Positions 38,581-51,769 of a stretch of 64,000 bases of DNA are shown piece after piece. The DNA is from Sminthopsis crassicaudata (taxonomy: Eukaryota). How positions within the stretch are numbered: position 1 is the first letter of the stretch; each line of letters begins with the position of its first letter. The stretch spans positions 38,640,454 to 38,704,453 of the forward strand of contig NC_133619.1 in the NCBI RefSeq assembly GCF_048593235.1. Direction: 5' to 3'. A program made the translations under genes and the position numbers. A model generated the notes under the pieces. That model searched no databases, was not told the DNA's origin, and was given only the letters and a program-made list of their open reading frames with translations.

Positions 38581-41564
38581 TTTAATTTTTAAGATGTAGT
38601 TCTTCCCCTCAAGGAACTTATAGTCTTTTCCTCTCTTATTGTTATATCTTATTTTTCCATGAGAAATATAGTAGATAACAATGAAGACAATAAGTATAGA
38701 GTGAATCAGAAGAGTACAAAGTCTAAATTTATGAAACAGATTCCTTCCATCTGAAGAGATTACTGAAGAAGTAGATCTAAGCATTAACTAATAAATTAAA
38801 ATATAAGTTTAATTATATATGTATGAACTTAAATTTATAATTTTTAAATTTAAAATATTTATTTAAATGTAATTTAAAATAGTAGAATATAAAGTTTAAT
38901 TTTAAATTTAATTCAAAATATAAATGACATATATAGAATTTTAAAGAATGAATTTTCCAAATGTTTGTATTTTCTATAGAGAGCAAAATTTTAAAGGAAA
39001 AGAATGAATTTCTTATAGGATATTTGAAAATGATAATCCATCAGGGATAGGATAAGAGATGCTTGTATTTTCCTAAAATAACACATCAATATCCATGTAT
39101 TATTCTAGCCTAGCCATAAGACTATACTCCTAGCTTAAGGGAGAATGAGATAATTTACTAACAGACAACAAATAAGTCTTTAGTGGCCTTGGCCACAAAT
39201 TGAAACTAGCAAAACAAAGCTGAACATTGTCACCAACTGAATTCTCCTAAGTGAGAAGCCCTCTGGACAATGAAACATGGTCAAACTGAATCACAAAGAG
39301 CAAAATCTGTTTGAGAAGTTGGCAGTCAAAAATAGTCATCAAATTTCAGACCAAACAAAAGAATCTCCAGAGCAATCAAATACTTTCTAAATGATTGTAA
39401 GCACTAGACCCATCACACACCTGCCATTTAGCCCTTTTGCCATTTTTATTTTGTATCTATGATTCAAATTTAATAAGTAAGAAGAGTCACCAACAATAAT
39501 AAGATCTTGGAATATCTTTTTGCTTACAGTGAAATACTTTGCATCACAGTGATCTCACTATATTTAGAGGATAGAAGATTTTATAGAAACATAGGCAACC
39601 TGTAGACCTATTCTGACTTGAATGATTGTATTATTCCTTGGGCAAAGTGGAATGAGCATGAATTATAAGACTTCTCAACCTTCCTTAGGATTTAGAAAAG
39701 TCAATTCCCTCTTTCTTTAATCTATAAAATGAGGGAGTTGGAACAAATGATCTCTAAAGTCATTACCAGCTCTAACATTAGATGGCCACTTTTGAACTGA
39801 GTTAGTATTATGTAGAAAGATGTGTCAAGAGATAAGAGTCTACCCCTTTACCCCACTCCCCACCCCAAGCTTGGATTGTGTAGACCTATCTTTATAATAA
39901 TGTGAATGTGAACTTCCTGTGGAAAACTCACAGGTGCTAGAGGGTCAAAAGAAAATGTTGACACAGAAAAAAACAATTTTCTGAAACCATCAATAAAGTC
40001 AGTCACCATAACTGACCAAGGGGCATTCCTCCACCATTGACTTTGAGTCCCATAATTGTTGACAATTCACAAGCAGCACTTCTTAGTGCCTGAAGATTAA
40101 GGATGAAAGTGAAAAAAAAGAGTAAGGGAGGATGAATCTAGCTCATGTTGAATGAGACTTTGCCCCATTGGAATTTTTCTTCCTTTTCTGGTTCCCCAAT
40201 TCTCTAACCTCCATTTGGGGAGGGGGGTAGGCTTTACTTTGTTTTTTCAGACATCCTGCCCATCCTTTTGTTCGTATCTTTCTCTTCTTCAAAAATCTTA
40301 GAGAGGAACAGAAATAACAGTCATAATTTATATTTCTTTATAATATCAGTTTTCAAAACACTTTTCCATGTGTTGCTTTTTTGTAATCTTTGTAACACTA
40401 AGATAAAGGCAGCCCTGAGCCTAGAAGCCAGGTCTTCTAATTTCTAACCGGGGTACACTACAAATTACACCATATTACTCCTAATATTTTCTTTGCTTTT
40501 GTGCTTGGGCATGATTTAAGCCCCCTAAATTCTATTTTCCCTGTTTGTAAAATGGAAATAAAATGCCAGACTTGTCCACATCATGGGGTTGTGAAACTTA
40601 CATGAGATAATGTATGTAGAAGTGCTTTGGAAACTGTAAAGAAAAGAAGAGATACCTCAGAATGTGGGAATCATGTGAAAATAAAAGAAACCATTAAAAG
40701 GAACATTTTAAAGAAAAGTACATATGGAAGGCAGGATTAAGAAATCTATCAGGTCAAAAAGCACCAGTTAAACATGTATTTAAGTTTCTTTTTTTTAAAG
40801 AGGGAACCAAAGGAGAAAAGAATAATGGAATAGGAGAAAGAAGTAGCTTGCATATAACTACAGAAACCTACATTTACATAGCACTTTAAAATTTGTAAAA
40901 CTTTTCACATAAATTATTTCATTTCAATCAAGCAATAAACATTTATTAAGTACTTACTATGTGCCAGGCACTGTGCTAAATGCTAGGGATGCAAAAAGAA
41001 ATGAAAGATAGTCGCTCACCACAAACGCTCACCATTAAATAGGTATACCAAAAAAAAAAAAATATTAAAAGCAAGCTATATACCGGATAAAAAAGAAATA
41101 ATCACTAGAGAGAAGGTGCCAGTATTAAAAGGAATTGAAGAAGGCTTCTAGTAAAAGATGAGATTTTAGTTGAGACTTAATAAGCTTCTTAGAATTACTG
41201 TAAAGTAGGTACTATTATTATTGTCATTTACAAATGAAAAAACTGAGCCTCCAAGGTAGTAAGTAATGTGCTTTGGTCACAGAGATTGTAACTCCAAAGA
41301 CAGGATTTGAATCTGTAGCTCTTACACTGAATTTAGCTCTTTTTCTACTATACCATGATTTTTTTGTGTGTTTTTTGCTTTTGTTTTTTTGGGGTTTTTT
41401 TGTTTTGTTTTTGGGTTTGTTTTTTGTTTTTTGCTGATCTTTGATACATAATTATTGAATTGTATTAAATCATTGGCTTCTTTGGTCTTGGTTTCTGGAA
41501 ATTTCCATTCTACAAATATATATTTCCCTTTCTAAAAGTGAAAGCTAACAACTCTCTCTTTTTT

Positions 41565-41850
41565 TTAACTTTTTTTTTAGGCTATACATGTATTCATTTA
41601 TTTTTTGCATATTAGTTATGTTGAGAGGGAAAAATTAGAACAAAAGGGGAAAAATTACAAGGAAAAAAAAAACAGAAGGGAAAAAAGGTGAAAATTGCAT
41701 GCTTCAATCTGCATTCAGTCTCCATAGTTCTGTCTCTGGACATGGATGTGGATATTTTTCATCCAAAGTTTATTGGAATTGGCCTAGATCACTGAATTGC
41801 TGAAAAGAGCAAATACATCAAAGGTGATCATCACACAGTCTTGTTGCCAC
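41565..41850 (-). mobile_element. L1 3' UTR fragment
   Basis: Poly(T) start, then gcttcaatctgcattcagtctccatagttctgtctctgga...gatcatcacacagtcttgttg. Confidence 0.75.
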
Positions 41851-42559
41851 CAATTTTTCCCCAATTATTGGGGTGTATACTTTTGATCAACTTAATTGTT
41901 CCCCAAATTGCCATTTATCTCCATTCAGCTAAGTCTTTTTTTGGGTGGGGGAGGTGTTCTACAAACATTTTTTCTTTTTCTCAGTACATGGATATTTCAT
42001 GGCCACTGGATTCTGCTTATTTAGCTGGCATTGATAAAGCATTCAAACCTGAGTCTTCATCCCTTGAGTACCCCCCTAATTGTCAGCCACCCAGTAAAGT
42101 CTCTGCCATTGTCTTTTACCTAGAAGAATGGCTGTAGACTCCCTGCTAAGATACCTGACTTCTACTAATGGACTTCTCCCAACACAAGAGATCAAGAGAT
42201 GTTGTGGTTCCTGCTGGAGACTGAATTCTGAAACCTCCAAACTAAACAGTTGCCTTTAATTTGGCATTTCCTGTTAAAATCTTTCACTCAAGTTCCCCAC
42301 AAATATCTTGCATCTCCAGCCTCCTTGCACCAAGATACCATGAATATAATCCTATTCCATAATTTATTTCTAATTGGTGCTTATTTAGCAGGTTATCAAT
42401 TTGTTTTATTTAATTATTAATGATATTAGTCATGTGTGAAATCAGATACTGAAAAAAAAGCATCTCAAAGCATAACACAGAAAGTACCAAGTTTTATGGG
42501 AAAAGAAGGGGATCATGTGGCTCCTTTCTCGACAAGATTGGCTCCTTCTTTTTGGCATT

Positions 42560-42990
42560 TACATTTACCTTTCCAGTCTAATTGCACTTTACTCACTCCT
42601 TCATGTTTTCCGTGATCCATCTACACTGGTTTTCTCACTGTTCCTCACGTGTGACATTATTTCCTCTCTCCACACTTTTGCCCTCCCTGTACCCTTTGCC
42701 TGGATTAGAAATCCTTCATTTCCTTCAAGGCTCAGCTCAAGCCCCAGATTCCAGCTGAAACCTTTCTTAATGCCTTGAAGCTGCAGGAGCCTTCCTCCCA
42801 AGGATTCTGCTATAATACATATAACTACCTTATATGTATTACATATGTTTAGGTCTATTTTGCGTATTACTATATATTCTAGCCATATCAGCTCCTTGAA
42901 GACAGACTGCTTTGTTTTTTTTTCTTATCTTCAGTGCCTAATATAGTGCCCAACTGATAGCAGGCATTTACTAAATGCTGATTGATTGAT
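42560..42990 (+). mobile_element. L2 3' fragment
   Basis: gccctccctgtaccctttgcctgga...cagctccttgaagacagactg...ctaaatgctgattgattga. Confidence 0.65.
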
Positions 42991-45049
42991 GAGCATCCCT
43001 CCTTTTGATTAGCAAAACTTCTTTTGCCCCCATAGTAGGGGAATGCAGAATAAATACCTGATCAATGATGTGGTGCCTTCAACTGATACCTTCCATTTCT
43101 TAAAGAAAGGATTGGATTTTGCTAGTTTGTAAATATAAAGATAAAAAAAGTAATTCCATCTCTAGGAGCTGTCTTGATGGAAGAGTTCCTATTGTAAAGC
43201 TGTTTATTAGCATGTCAGGGTTTCTTTTGCCCCATGAGGCTCTCGTAATCGAGTATTCAGAAACCACGAGGCTTCTATGTGTTATAAAACGTACTTAACT
43301 AGAATGTTCCAATTTCTTTGTACTCCAAGGGGAGAACTGTGGGGGTACTAAAGGAACGGACCCTCTGTTGACCACGTCAGAGCGCCTTTGATACACAAAT
43401 AGAACTCTGGGCCATTTTTGTTTGATGAAGCTGAAATTAAACCATGAACAGAAGTTGGCCCAGGTATAGAAGGAGTCAAAGGCCTTTGAGAAATGCATAC
43501 ATGAAGTCAGTGCTTAATGTCTCAGGATCAAGAATATGAGGAAAAGAGAAAAAAAAAAAAAAAACCACAAGCCAAAGGAAGGAAGGAAAGAAGGAAGGAA
43601 AGAGAGAAGGATGTGGCACTTGAATTTTTGAGAAAACAGAGATGGTTTTATTTAACTTATTGATTTTGTCACCTATCATCATAAAAAAAGATAAAAAATT
43701 AGAGGCTCAATATTGCTTTCTCTATTTTCAGATAATAACGAATGTTGTGCAAATTATAAAATTTAATTAGCTATATAAATGCCAGAAGAACAAATAGTGG
43801 CCTATTGTCTTGATATCTTTCCCGAAATGAGTCTTTTAAAACAAATTTGCCATATTAATCATCTAAAAATATTTTTGATCACTGAATTAATAGTTTGCAG
43901 CCTGTTTTCAGGTGTTCATTGCCATAGGTGATTGCCTCTTAATTACTACACGGCCGCTTTCTATTCACTCGGATTAATTCATGTTTTCTGGCATGGTCCC
44001 ANNNNNNNNNNNNNNNNNNNNNNNNNNNNNNNNNNNNNNNNNNNNNNNNNNNNNNNNNNNNNNNNNNNNNNNNNNNNNNNNNNNNNNNNNNNNNNNNNNN
44101 NNNNNNNNNNNNNNNNNNNNNNNNNNNNNNNNNAGAAAGTACATTGATTCTTTCCTCGTTTCTCATTAATTTTCAAGAGCTCGGCTGCATGTCTGTTTTT
44201 TCAGCCTNNNNNNNNNNNNNNNNNNNNNNNNNNNNNNNNNNNNNNNNNNNNNNNNNNNNNNNNNNNNNNNNNNNNNNNNNNNNNNNNNNNNNNNNNNNNN
44301 NNNNNNNNNNNNNNNNNNNNNNNNNNNNNNNNNNNNNNNNNNNNNNNNNNNNNNNNNNNNNNNNNNNNNNNNNNGCCAATTACAGGCACATGTCCTTCAG
44401 AAGTTGGGAAAACCCACTAGAGCTTATGCATTTATTGGCACCAAAAAAAAATGTAGATTTATAGATCAGATGGCTAGAATGATAGAAATAGGCTATTGAC
44501 TAACATGTAACTTTCTAGTCTGTCTGTTGGGAGAGGGGGGCAAAAAAATGAAAAATATTTTCCCCACTAGATGTAAAAAGGATGAAAGTTGACACAGAAT
44601 CCTATCAAATTCTTCTAAGTTCTTTCCAAGGAGTTCTGTGGATATTTGACCATAAATTAATCTCTAATTCTTAAAATAAACCTCCCAGATTAATGAACTC
44701 CTTACAAAATGTATTTTTTTTCAAATAGTGTCTTTTTGATAATTATATGGAATGCCAGAGTGCTTCAAAACACTGAAATGCCCTGTCTTGGCTAAGAGTT
44801 GAGAATTCTCTTGACTGATAATAATAACCTATTCCCAGGACCCTATTTCAACAAGTCTTACAGACTGCATTTTCATCCCTTCCTAACTGGACACAAAACT
44901 TGACTAATTTGTAAGGTTTCTCTTTCAATGACTTCTCACAGGTGTTTGTATTATATTGCATGTGAATTTTTCTGGCATCTATCTGCTGAGTCCACACTAG
45001 GTTGAGAAGTAGACAAATGAATTAAATTAAGGTGGTTAAAAAAAAATTT

Positions 45050-45400
45050 GCTTGTATCTTCTGATTTTTATGCTTTTCAATATCCTACTTCCCTTCATTT
45101 GAATCATTCTTTGTAACCAAAAACAAAAGCAAAAACGCCACTAAGCAAGACTCTGTTCTGACAATGTATATCACATTCTGTAACCATTATCTCCCGCCTC
45201 TCCGCCTAGAAGAAGAAAATATATTTCCTCATCTGCTTTCTGAGACCAAGATAATTTATTGCAGTTAATCAGAGTTCTGTTTCATCTTTATTGTTATTCT
45301 ATGTTATTATAGGTGTAGGGTCAATTGTTCTCCTGATTCTTTACATTTTGCTATCAGTCCATACAAATATTCCTACATTTCACTGAATTCCTCATGTTTG
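45050..45400 (-). mobile_element. Old L1 3' UTR fragment
   Basis: tgacaatgtatatcacattctgtaacc...gcagttaatcagagttctg...tatcagtccatacaaat. Confidence 0.5.
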
Positions 45401-46139
45401 TTATTTCTGACAAATGAATGAATAATTGAAAATAAATTATTAAGCACTGACTATGTGTCAAACACTGTGTTCTGTGCTGGTTGATATAAATATATGCAAG
45501 CAAGAAAGTACCTGCCTTCAAACAGCTTACATTCTAATAGGGAAAGGCAATATATAAACACATAAAGTCAAGATATAAAAAGGGGAATTGGAAAGCCTGT
45601 GAGATGGTCATAGTTTGGATAAGACCAGGAAGTGGAGGTAAAATAAAATTAAATCTCCCCTCTTATAGCACAAGATCCTAGAGGTGGAACCTGAATTCTA
45701 GGGGGAGGGGAATGAGAAAATTGGCCAAACAGTATGGTTTGGGAATGAGATCATTCATTTGTTTACTCATTCTCCACTCATTCTCCAATGAGCACTCATT
45801 TACTTCTGATTTTTTTGCTGTCTCCAAAAGTGATTCTATAAATCTGGGCATTCCATCATGTCTTTGACCCTTTTGGAATAGATGCCCACTAGGAGTTTGC
45901 AAATGTCATTTTTCAGTAACATAATTAGTTACATATAATACATATATGTATTAGTTACACCAGATTCTTTGTGGGTGGGAACTTTGGCTAATTATTTTGG
46001 CTAATTTACTAAAAGCACTTTAAAAATAATAATAGCTACCATCTCAAAAGTATAGCACCAGAAAAAGGTCTCTTTCCTAAAGTCCAGCCCCCTGTTTCTG
46101 CCAAATCAAAGTTTAAATCATTGAAGAGAAATGACTATT

Positions 46140-46320
46140 GTGAAATCTTATTTTTAAAGATCTTTAGAACTGCTCTAACTTTTAGCAGTGCTTCTCATCC
46201 TTACTGGCAGGAAACCCTTCCTTTTACTGATCTAAAGTTTCTATTACTGTTATTTAAAGCAGTTTTTGTTCAGTCCTCTGGAGGTGGAGAATAGTGGATC
46301 ATCATCTGTTCATAATAATC
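46140..46320 (-). mobile_element. CR1/L3 3' fragment
   Basis: ggcaggaaacccttcctt...ctaaagtttctatta...tttgttcagtcctctggag. Confidence 0.5.
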
Positions 46321-46379
46321 ATTCAATTATTATGTCACCTCATAGACTTCTATTTTCTCTAGGCTAAATACACACAAAT

Positions 46380-46690
46380 AGATGTTTATGTACACACCAA
46401 CATATATATACATATATACAAATACATGCATGTATATATGCATTGTATTGTGTATATGTGTGTGCATGTGTATCTATATGTATTGGACTTATATGTATCC
46501 ATATATAGATATGTATACTGTGTGCATTTATATGTATATGTGTAATACATTGCATATTATATATATATATAATGAAAATTAACCTTTTCTCAGAACTATT
46601 TTTCATCTCAATTAAATCTCTCACTTATCGTTCTGCTTTCAGAATATATATGTGTAGATGTATGCATATACATATGAGTATATATATATA
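46380..46690. repeat. (TA/TG/TATG)n low complexity
   Basis: Degenerate dinucleotide array. Confidence 0.8.
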
Positions 46691-46994
46691 GTTCTAGGCT
46701 TAGTCAAAATAATATTTTGTTAGCCTTCACTTTAGAGAGTAGTTGAATCTGTCTCTCTACCTTCAGAACCGCCTCTTTGGATGAGAGAAGAGCTTTCCAT
46801 ATTCCTTTGTTCCTTAGGCCTCCTTCTCATCAGATCTCTGTGACTAATGCACAAGAGAGCTTGTTAAAATTTGTTTTCCTTAAGTTGTCTGTATCCTGCC
46901 ACTTTCATTTCATTTCAAGGTTTTCATTCATCTTTAGATCCTCAAGTAGTTCTTTCATGTTAGAAACCAATCAAGGAAGCATCTTCCCTCCTTG

Positions 46995-47370
46995 ATTCAT
47001 AGAATCATAGCATGTAAGACTTGTGAGGGACCTCTGAAGCCATCTAGTCCAACCCCCTCCCTGTTTGATGAATTTCTTCTACAACATCCCTGAAAAATGA
47101 ATGTCCAGCTTCAGCCCGAACACCTCAAGGGAGAAGAAATTTACAATCCCCCTGCCTTCGGATCATAAATTTAGAGCTGGAAGGAACCTTAAGAGGTCAT
47201 TTGGTACAGCCCCCTCACTTTGCAGAAGAAGGTGCTGTGGCCCAAAGTTGTGGAATGACTCTCCCTGGCTCTCACAGTAGTTATTGGGAAGGCCAGGATT
47301 CAAATCCCCATCCTCCAACTCTGAATTTAGCTCTTTTCCCACTCTAGCCCCAGACAGCCTACCTTCTATA
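46995..47370 (-). mobile_element. MIR3/CORE-SINE fragments
   Basis: tcatagaatcatag...gggacctctgaagccatctagtccaacccc, and ggatcataaatttagagctggaaggaacctt...ggattcaaatccc. Confidence 0.6.
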
Positions 47371-48873
47371 CTAGGGGAATGATTCTGATACATATTACAA
47401 AAATTTATTTGTTGATATTGGCCAAGTGAACTATTTCCATTGGTATATAAATAATGACAGTATTCCAATGATATGAGAAACCTAAGAAATTAGGCTCATC
47501 CCTTTTTTCTCTTTGTAACTTTGTAAACTGACTTCTCCACTGTCTTCAGCCTCCTTTTTCCTCCTTCTCCATGATGTAGACCCCACAAACCTCTTGGCTC
47601 TCTCTGATTTTTTTAGCTTGATAGGATATTGATATATCTATATGATATTGATATATCTATCATCATACTTCTGGGTTTGGCCCAAACCAACCTTCCTGAG
47701 CAGTTTGGCCCCATCATCCTTTTTATATCTACCATCTTATCTCATTTCATTCATCCCCATACCATCAATAGCTAAATCCTAAACTCTCCAATTCATCCCA
47801 ATTATTCCCAGCTCCTGACTTTGTATGTAAATATTTCATCCCATTTTGAATTTTGCCTTGGACTGTTCCTACTTATTTTGAGGTCAGCTTACCAGAATTT
47901 CCCAAGAAGTCTCTCAAGTGAATGAATTTTTGTTGCTCTGGCTAGCCTCCGTAAAGTTAAAATTTATAGAATAAGGAAAGAATCTCAAGCCTTGGCCTAG
48001 GCAGTTAATTTTTTTAATGGTACAATTATTGTAAAATGTTTCAGTAACCAATTCTTAGGTTGAATTTATATTCTTGATACAATTAGTATTTAAGATATTT
48101 GAACCAAATGTTTTGGACATTATAGTATTCAATGGGGATCACTTGACTTTTGATTCAAACTTAGTATAAACAGTCATGACTCCATGACTCCGTCATAGTG
48201 AAGATTTTGATTTTAAAGATTCTAAAAAATTAGAAAAAACTATACTATGATCAAGTTTCATTCTTTTTTATTTAAATATATGTATATTCTTATAATAGAA
48301 TGAAGAATGGATTTGGAATCAAAGGATTAGGTTCAAGAGTTGGCTCTGCTACATCTCCCTAAGCTTAGACAAGTCACTGAGCTATTCGGCTTCCTTATCT
48401 ATAAAATAAGAGCTGGGTATGTTGAGATACCCAAGAGTATCTACAAAAAAAAAGGAGAATTATTGCCCTGGCCTTGGAGTGAGGGAGCAAGACACAAGTG
48501 GATCCAAAGACTGAATTAAAATGTGAATGTAATTGTGTACGTATCAGCAACTACCACTGTGGTTGTGTTTCTATNNNNNNNNNNNNNNNNNNNNNNNNNN
48601 NNNNNNNNNNNNNNNNNNNNNNNNNNNNNNNNNNNNNNNNNNNNNNNNNNNNNNNNNNNNNNNNNNNNNNNNNNNNNNNNNNNNNNNNNNNNNNNNNNNN
48701 NNNNNNNNNNNNNNNNNCCAGACACTAATACACATGTAGTGAATGAAACAATTACCTCATAAAGACCTTACATTTTAAGAGAAAGACAACAAGAATAAGT
48801 GTAAATATGCATTCCAACAAGGGGGCCAAATAGGAGAATGACACATCAAACACATGTTGATAATACTATAAAG

Positions 48874-49064
48874 CAGGGGTTCTCAAACTACAGCCCGTGA
48901 GCCAGATGCTACCGCTAAGAATGTTTATGCGCCCACCAGGTTATGGCAAATGGGCTGAGGGGTGGAGATAGAGTGTGAGTTTTAGTTTTTACTATAGTCC
49001 GGCCCTCCAACAGTCAGAGGGACAGTGAACTGGCCCCCCCATTTAAAAAGTTTGAGGACCATTG
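48874..49064 (+). mobile_element. Non-autonomous hAT (OposCharlie/OC1-type) MITE, 191 bp
   Basis: TIRs CAGGGGTTCTCAAACT and (reverse complement) CAATGGTCCTCAAACT. 8-bp TSD ctataaag (48866-48873) / ctgtaaag (49065-49072). 3' subterminal tatagtccggccctccaacagtc.gagggacagtgaactggccccc.tttaaaaagtttgaggacc. Confidence 0.88.
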
Positions 49065-49623
49065 CTGTAAAGGATGGACTTGTTTGGGCAGAGACTTGAG
49101 GCAAGGAGATCCCTAAGGTCCCTTCTAGCTCAGAATTCCATAACAACTAGACTTTGCATTTTATCCATGGTAATCCATCGGGAAGTCTGACTCAATCTCA
49201 TACATCTGTGCAGTGGAATGAAACTGAGGGAAATAACTGTTACATATGGAAAATAAGCCTCACAATGTCCTGTTATCACTCAGGCCAAAGCCACAGCACC
49301 AGTTTTAAAGGCTTTCCTAATGTGAGGGAAGAAGACTGTAAATGAAAGATTGGACTCAGAACAAAACTTGTTTGAATCTGAGTACATGGAAAGAAAATAA
49401 AATGCCTTTATTTAGACCAATTATTTTAAACTCCCAATGACATTTTTCATTGACCTCAAGAGAATATCTCAAAACAATGGTTCTGTGCCTCAGGAGAGTG
49501 GATTATATATGGAAAGACTCCTTTTGTTGGAGGGAAGCAAACGCTATGAAAACAGTTGTCTCCTTTTGGGGGATGGGGGAGCAAGGGAGAAACCCAGTAA
49601 TTCTGAGTGTTGTAGTTATTGTT

Positions 49624-49875
49624 ATTATTGTTTGGTCATTTTCAGTCATCTCTGACTCTTTGTGACCCCAGTTGGGATTTTCTTAGCAAAGATACTGAAG
49701 TAGTTCGCCATTTCCTTCTCCAACTCATTTTACAGATGAGAAAACTGAGGCAAACAAAGTTAAGTGATTTGCTTCAGATCACCCAACTAGTAAGTGTTTG
49801 GGGCAGAATTTGAACTCAGGGAGATGAGTCTTCCTGATTCAGGGTCCTATAGTGCATACACTGTGCCATCTAACT
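49624..49875 (-). mobile_element. MAR1-type CORE-SINE
   Basis: ttcagtcatctctgactctttgtgacccc...ttcgccatttccttctccaactcattttacagatgag...ctgtgccatcta. Confidence 0.8.
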
Positions 49876-51769
49876 ACTACCACCACCACCACAACAACAA
49901 AAACAAATCTGAAGAGAGTCCTTAAACAAAAGTTATGAGAGTAGCTGTCTCCATTTTGGGGGACAACAAAAAGGAGAAACATGATGATTCCAAGTACAGT
50001 ATTCATTTCTATGCTTGCTGTTTTCTTGTCATATGCTTTTTTTTTTTTTTTTTTTTGCTAATGATGACCTAAAATCACTAGTTGCCCATTTCTGGGTTCA
50101 TGTGATCCCATCCAAGCAGTCTTAAGCTCCAGACCAGCACGTGGTGGCTTTGAAATGACTGGAGTGATCACAAATAAGAGAAATGGGATTTTCTGTGTAT
50201 GAGAAACAGTGAAGCAAACAAATTCTTCAGAAACAAAGGTCCCCTTTTATTGAAAAGGTTCTTTTTGTCTAACATCTAGAATAAAGAAAAGCTCAGGAGG
50301 CAGAAACAGAGGAATCCATTCACAAGTAAAGATGCAGTCTGTGGTGACCTTGAGGTCATCTACACACCACAGGAAGTGGAGATTAATCTCTTGTTTTCTG
50401 GCTTATTTGGTCAATTTATAAAATCATACAGGATCATTGGGACTCACCTTGAATAGGCAGTCCCTGTTGATGTTGGTGAAATTAGTCGGGTAATTGATAG
50501 ATACACTTTATTTTCTTCAGTGTAGACTGAGGCTTGATTCAGGATGGTAAATTGTACTATTTTCCTGTCCTTTTCATGACCACTGGGGAAACATTACAGC
50601 AACACAGCAAGCAATGATCAGGTACCCAAGTCGACTCTGATCCTCCTGGTTGGTAACACCCCATGCCGGCCCCTCTCCCCCCTGTTTTTGCATTCTGTAC
50701 ATACTTGTATGTTTCTTTCAAAAAACTAAATGGCCCTTGAAAGGAGAGACTTTATTCTTGTATTCAAGTATATTTCATTGTTTTCAGTTGTATTTGCTTG
50801 TTGTATTCTTTGTAAGTGTATTCCAGCACCTAGGATAGACATTAGCACATAAGGGATACCTGTTGATTAAATAACAATTGTTTTTTCTTAGTAAGATGTG
50901 AGTTCCTTGATAGCAGGAACTGCTTTTCATCTTTTTGTTTCTTCTATTTGTAACCATAACACCTAGCATCATGCCTAGAACAGAATAGGTTTTTGTTTTG
51001 TTTTATTTTGTTTTGTTTCTAGCTCTTTAGCACCCCCAGGCAACTAAGATAATAAATTACACAGAAGGTGGTAGGAAAAGTTCCCTAGATTGGTGAAATC
51101 ACAGATCCAGTTCCTATCCCTATCCTGTTTTGGAAACAAAATCATTTCTATAGAAATATCCACCAAATAGGAAATGAATAAGCAGAAATGGAAGACTTGA
51201 TTAGGGTCTTTCTTTCCCCATACTGAGTGTATGAAAAGCTTCATCATAACCTTTCTGAGGGCTGGATGCTGGTTAAAGAAGTTGGAAAATAAAATATGAT
51301 CACAGCATAGGTTTCAGGGTGGTTTTTGACTCCTTAAATAAAAAAGCAGAATCGACTGTAGATGAAAAGTATGTCAGGAGGATCACATTTATTTTTTACA
51401 AGCATATAAAAGAGAGTAAAGTAGATTGATAGGTGCTGAAGGAGACCCCCTCTGGGCTATTTCATTTTCACTTGGATAAGTTGGATATTTTATATGTTGT
51501 AATCTTGTACAGTTTAGTTCTCACTTGAACAAGATTGCTGTTTCAGATGTTATGATCTTGTACAAATTATTACCTGTTATTGAATCTACACATCCTTCCA
51601 GAACCTTGGTTTGAAACCTTGACTTATTCTTTTCCCTCATCCCCTTTATCCAGCCAGTGATCAAATCCTGTCAGTTCTTTCTTCAGGATGAATGTGGTAT
51701 TTCTGCCTTTCCCTCCATTCCTACTGACCCATTCTAAATTAAGGACTTTATACTAAAGAGATGCTAATG

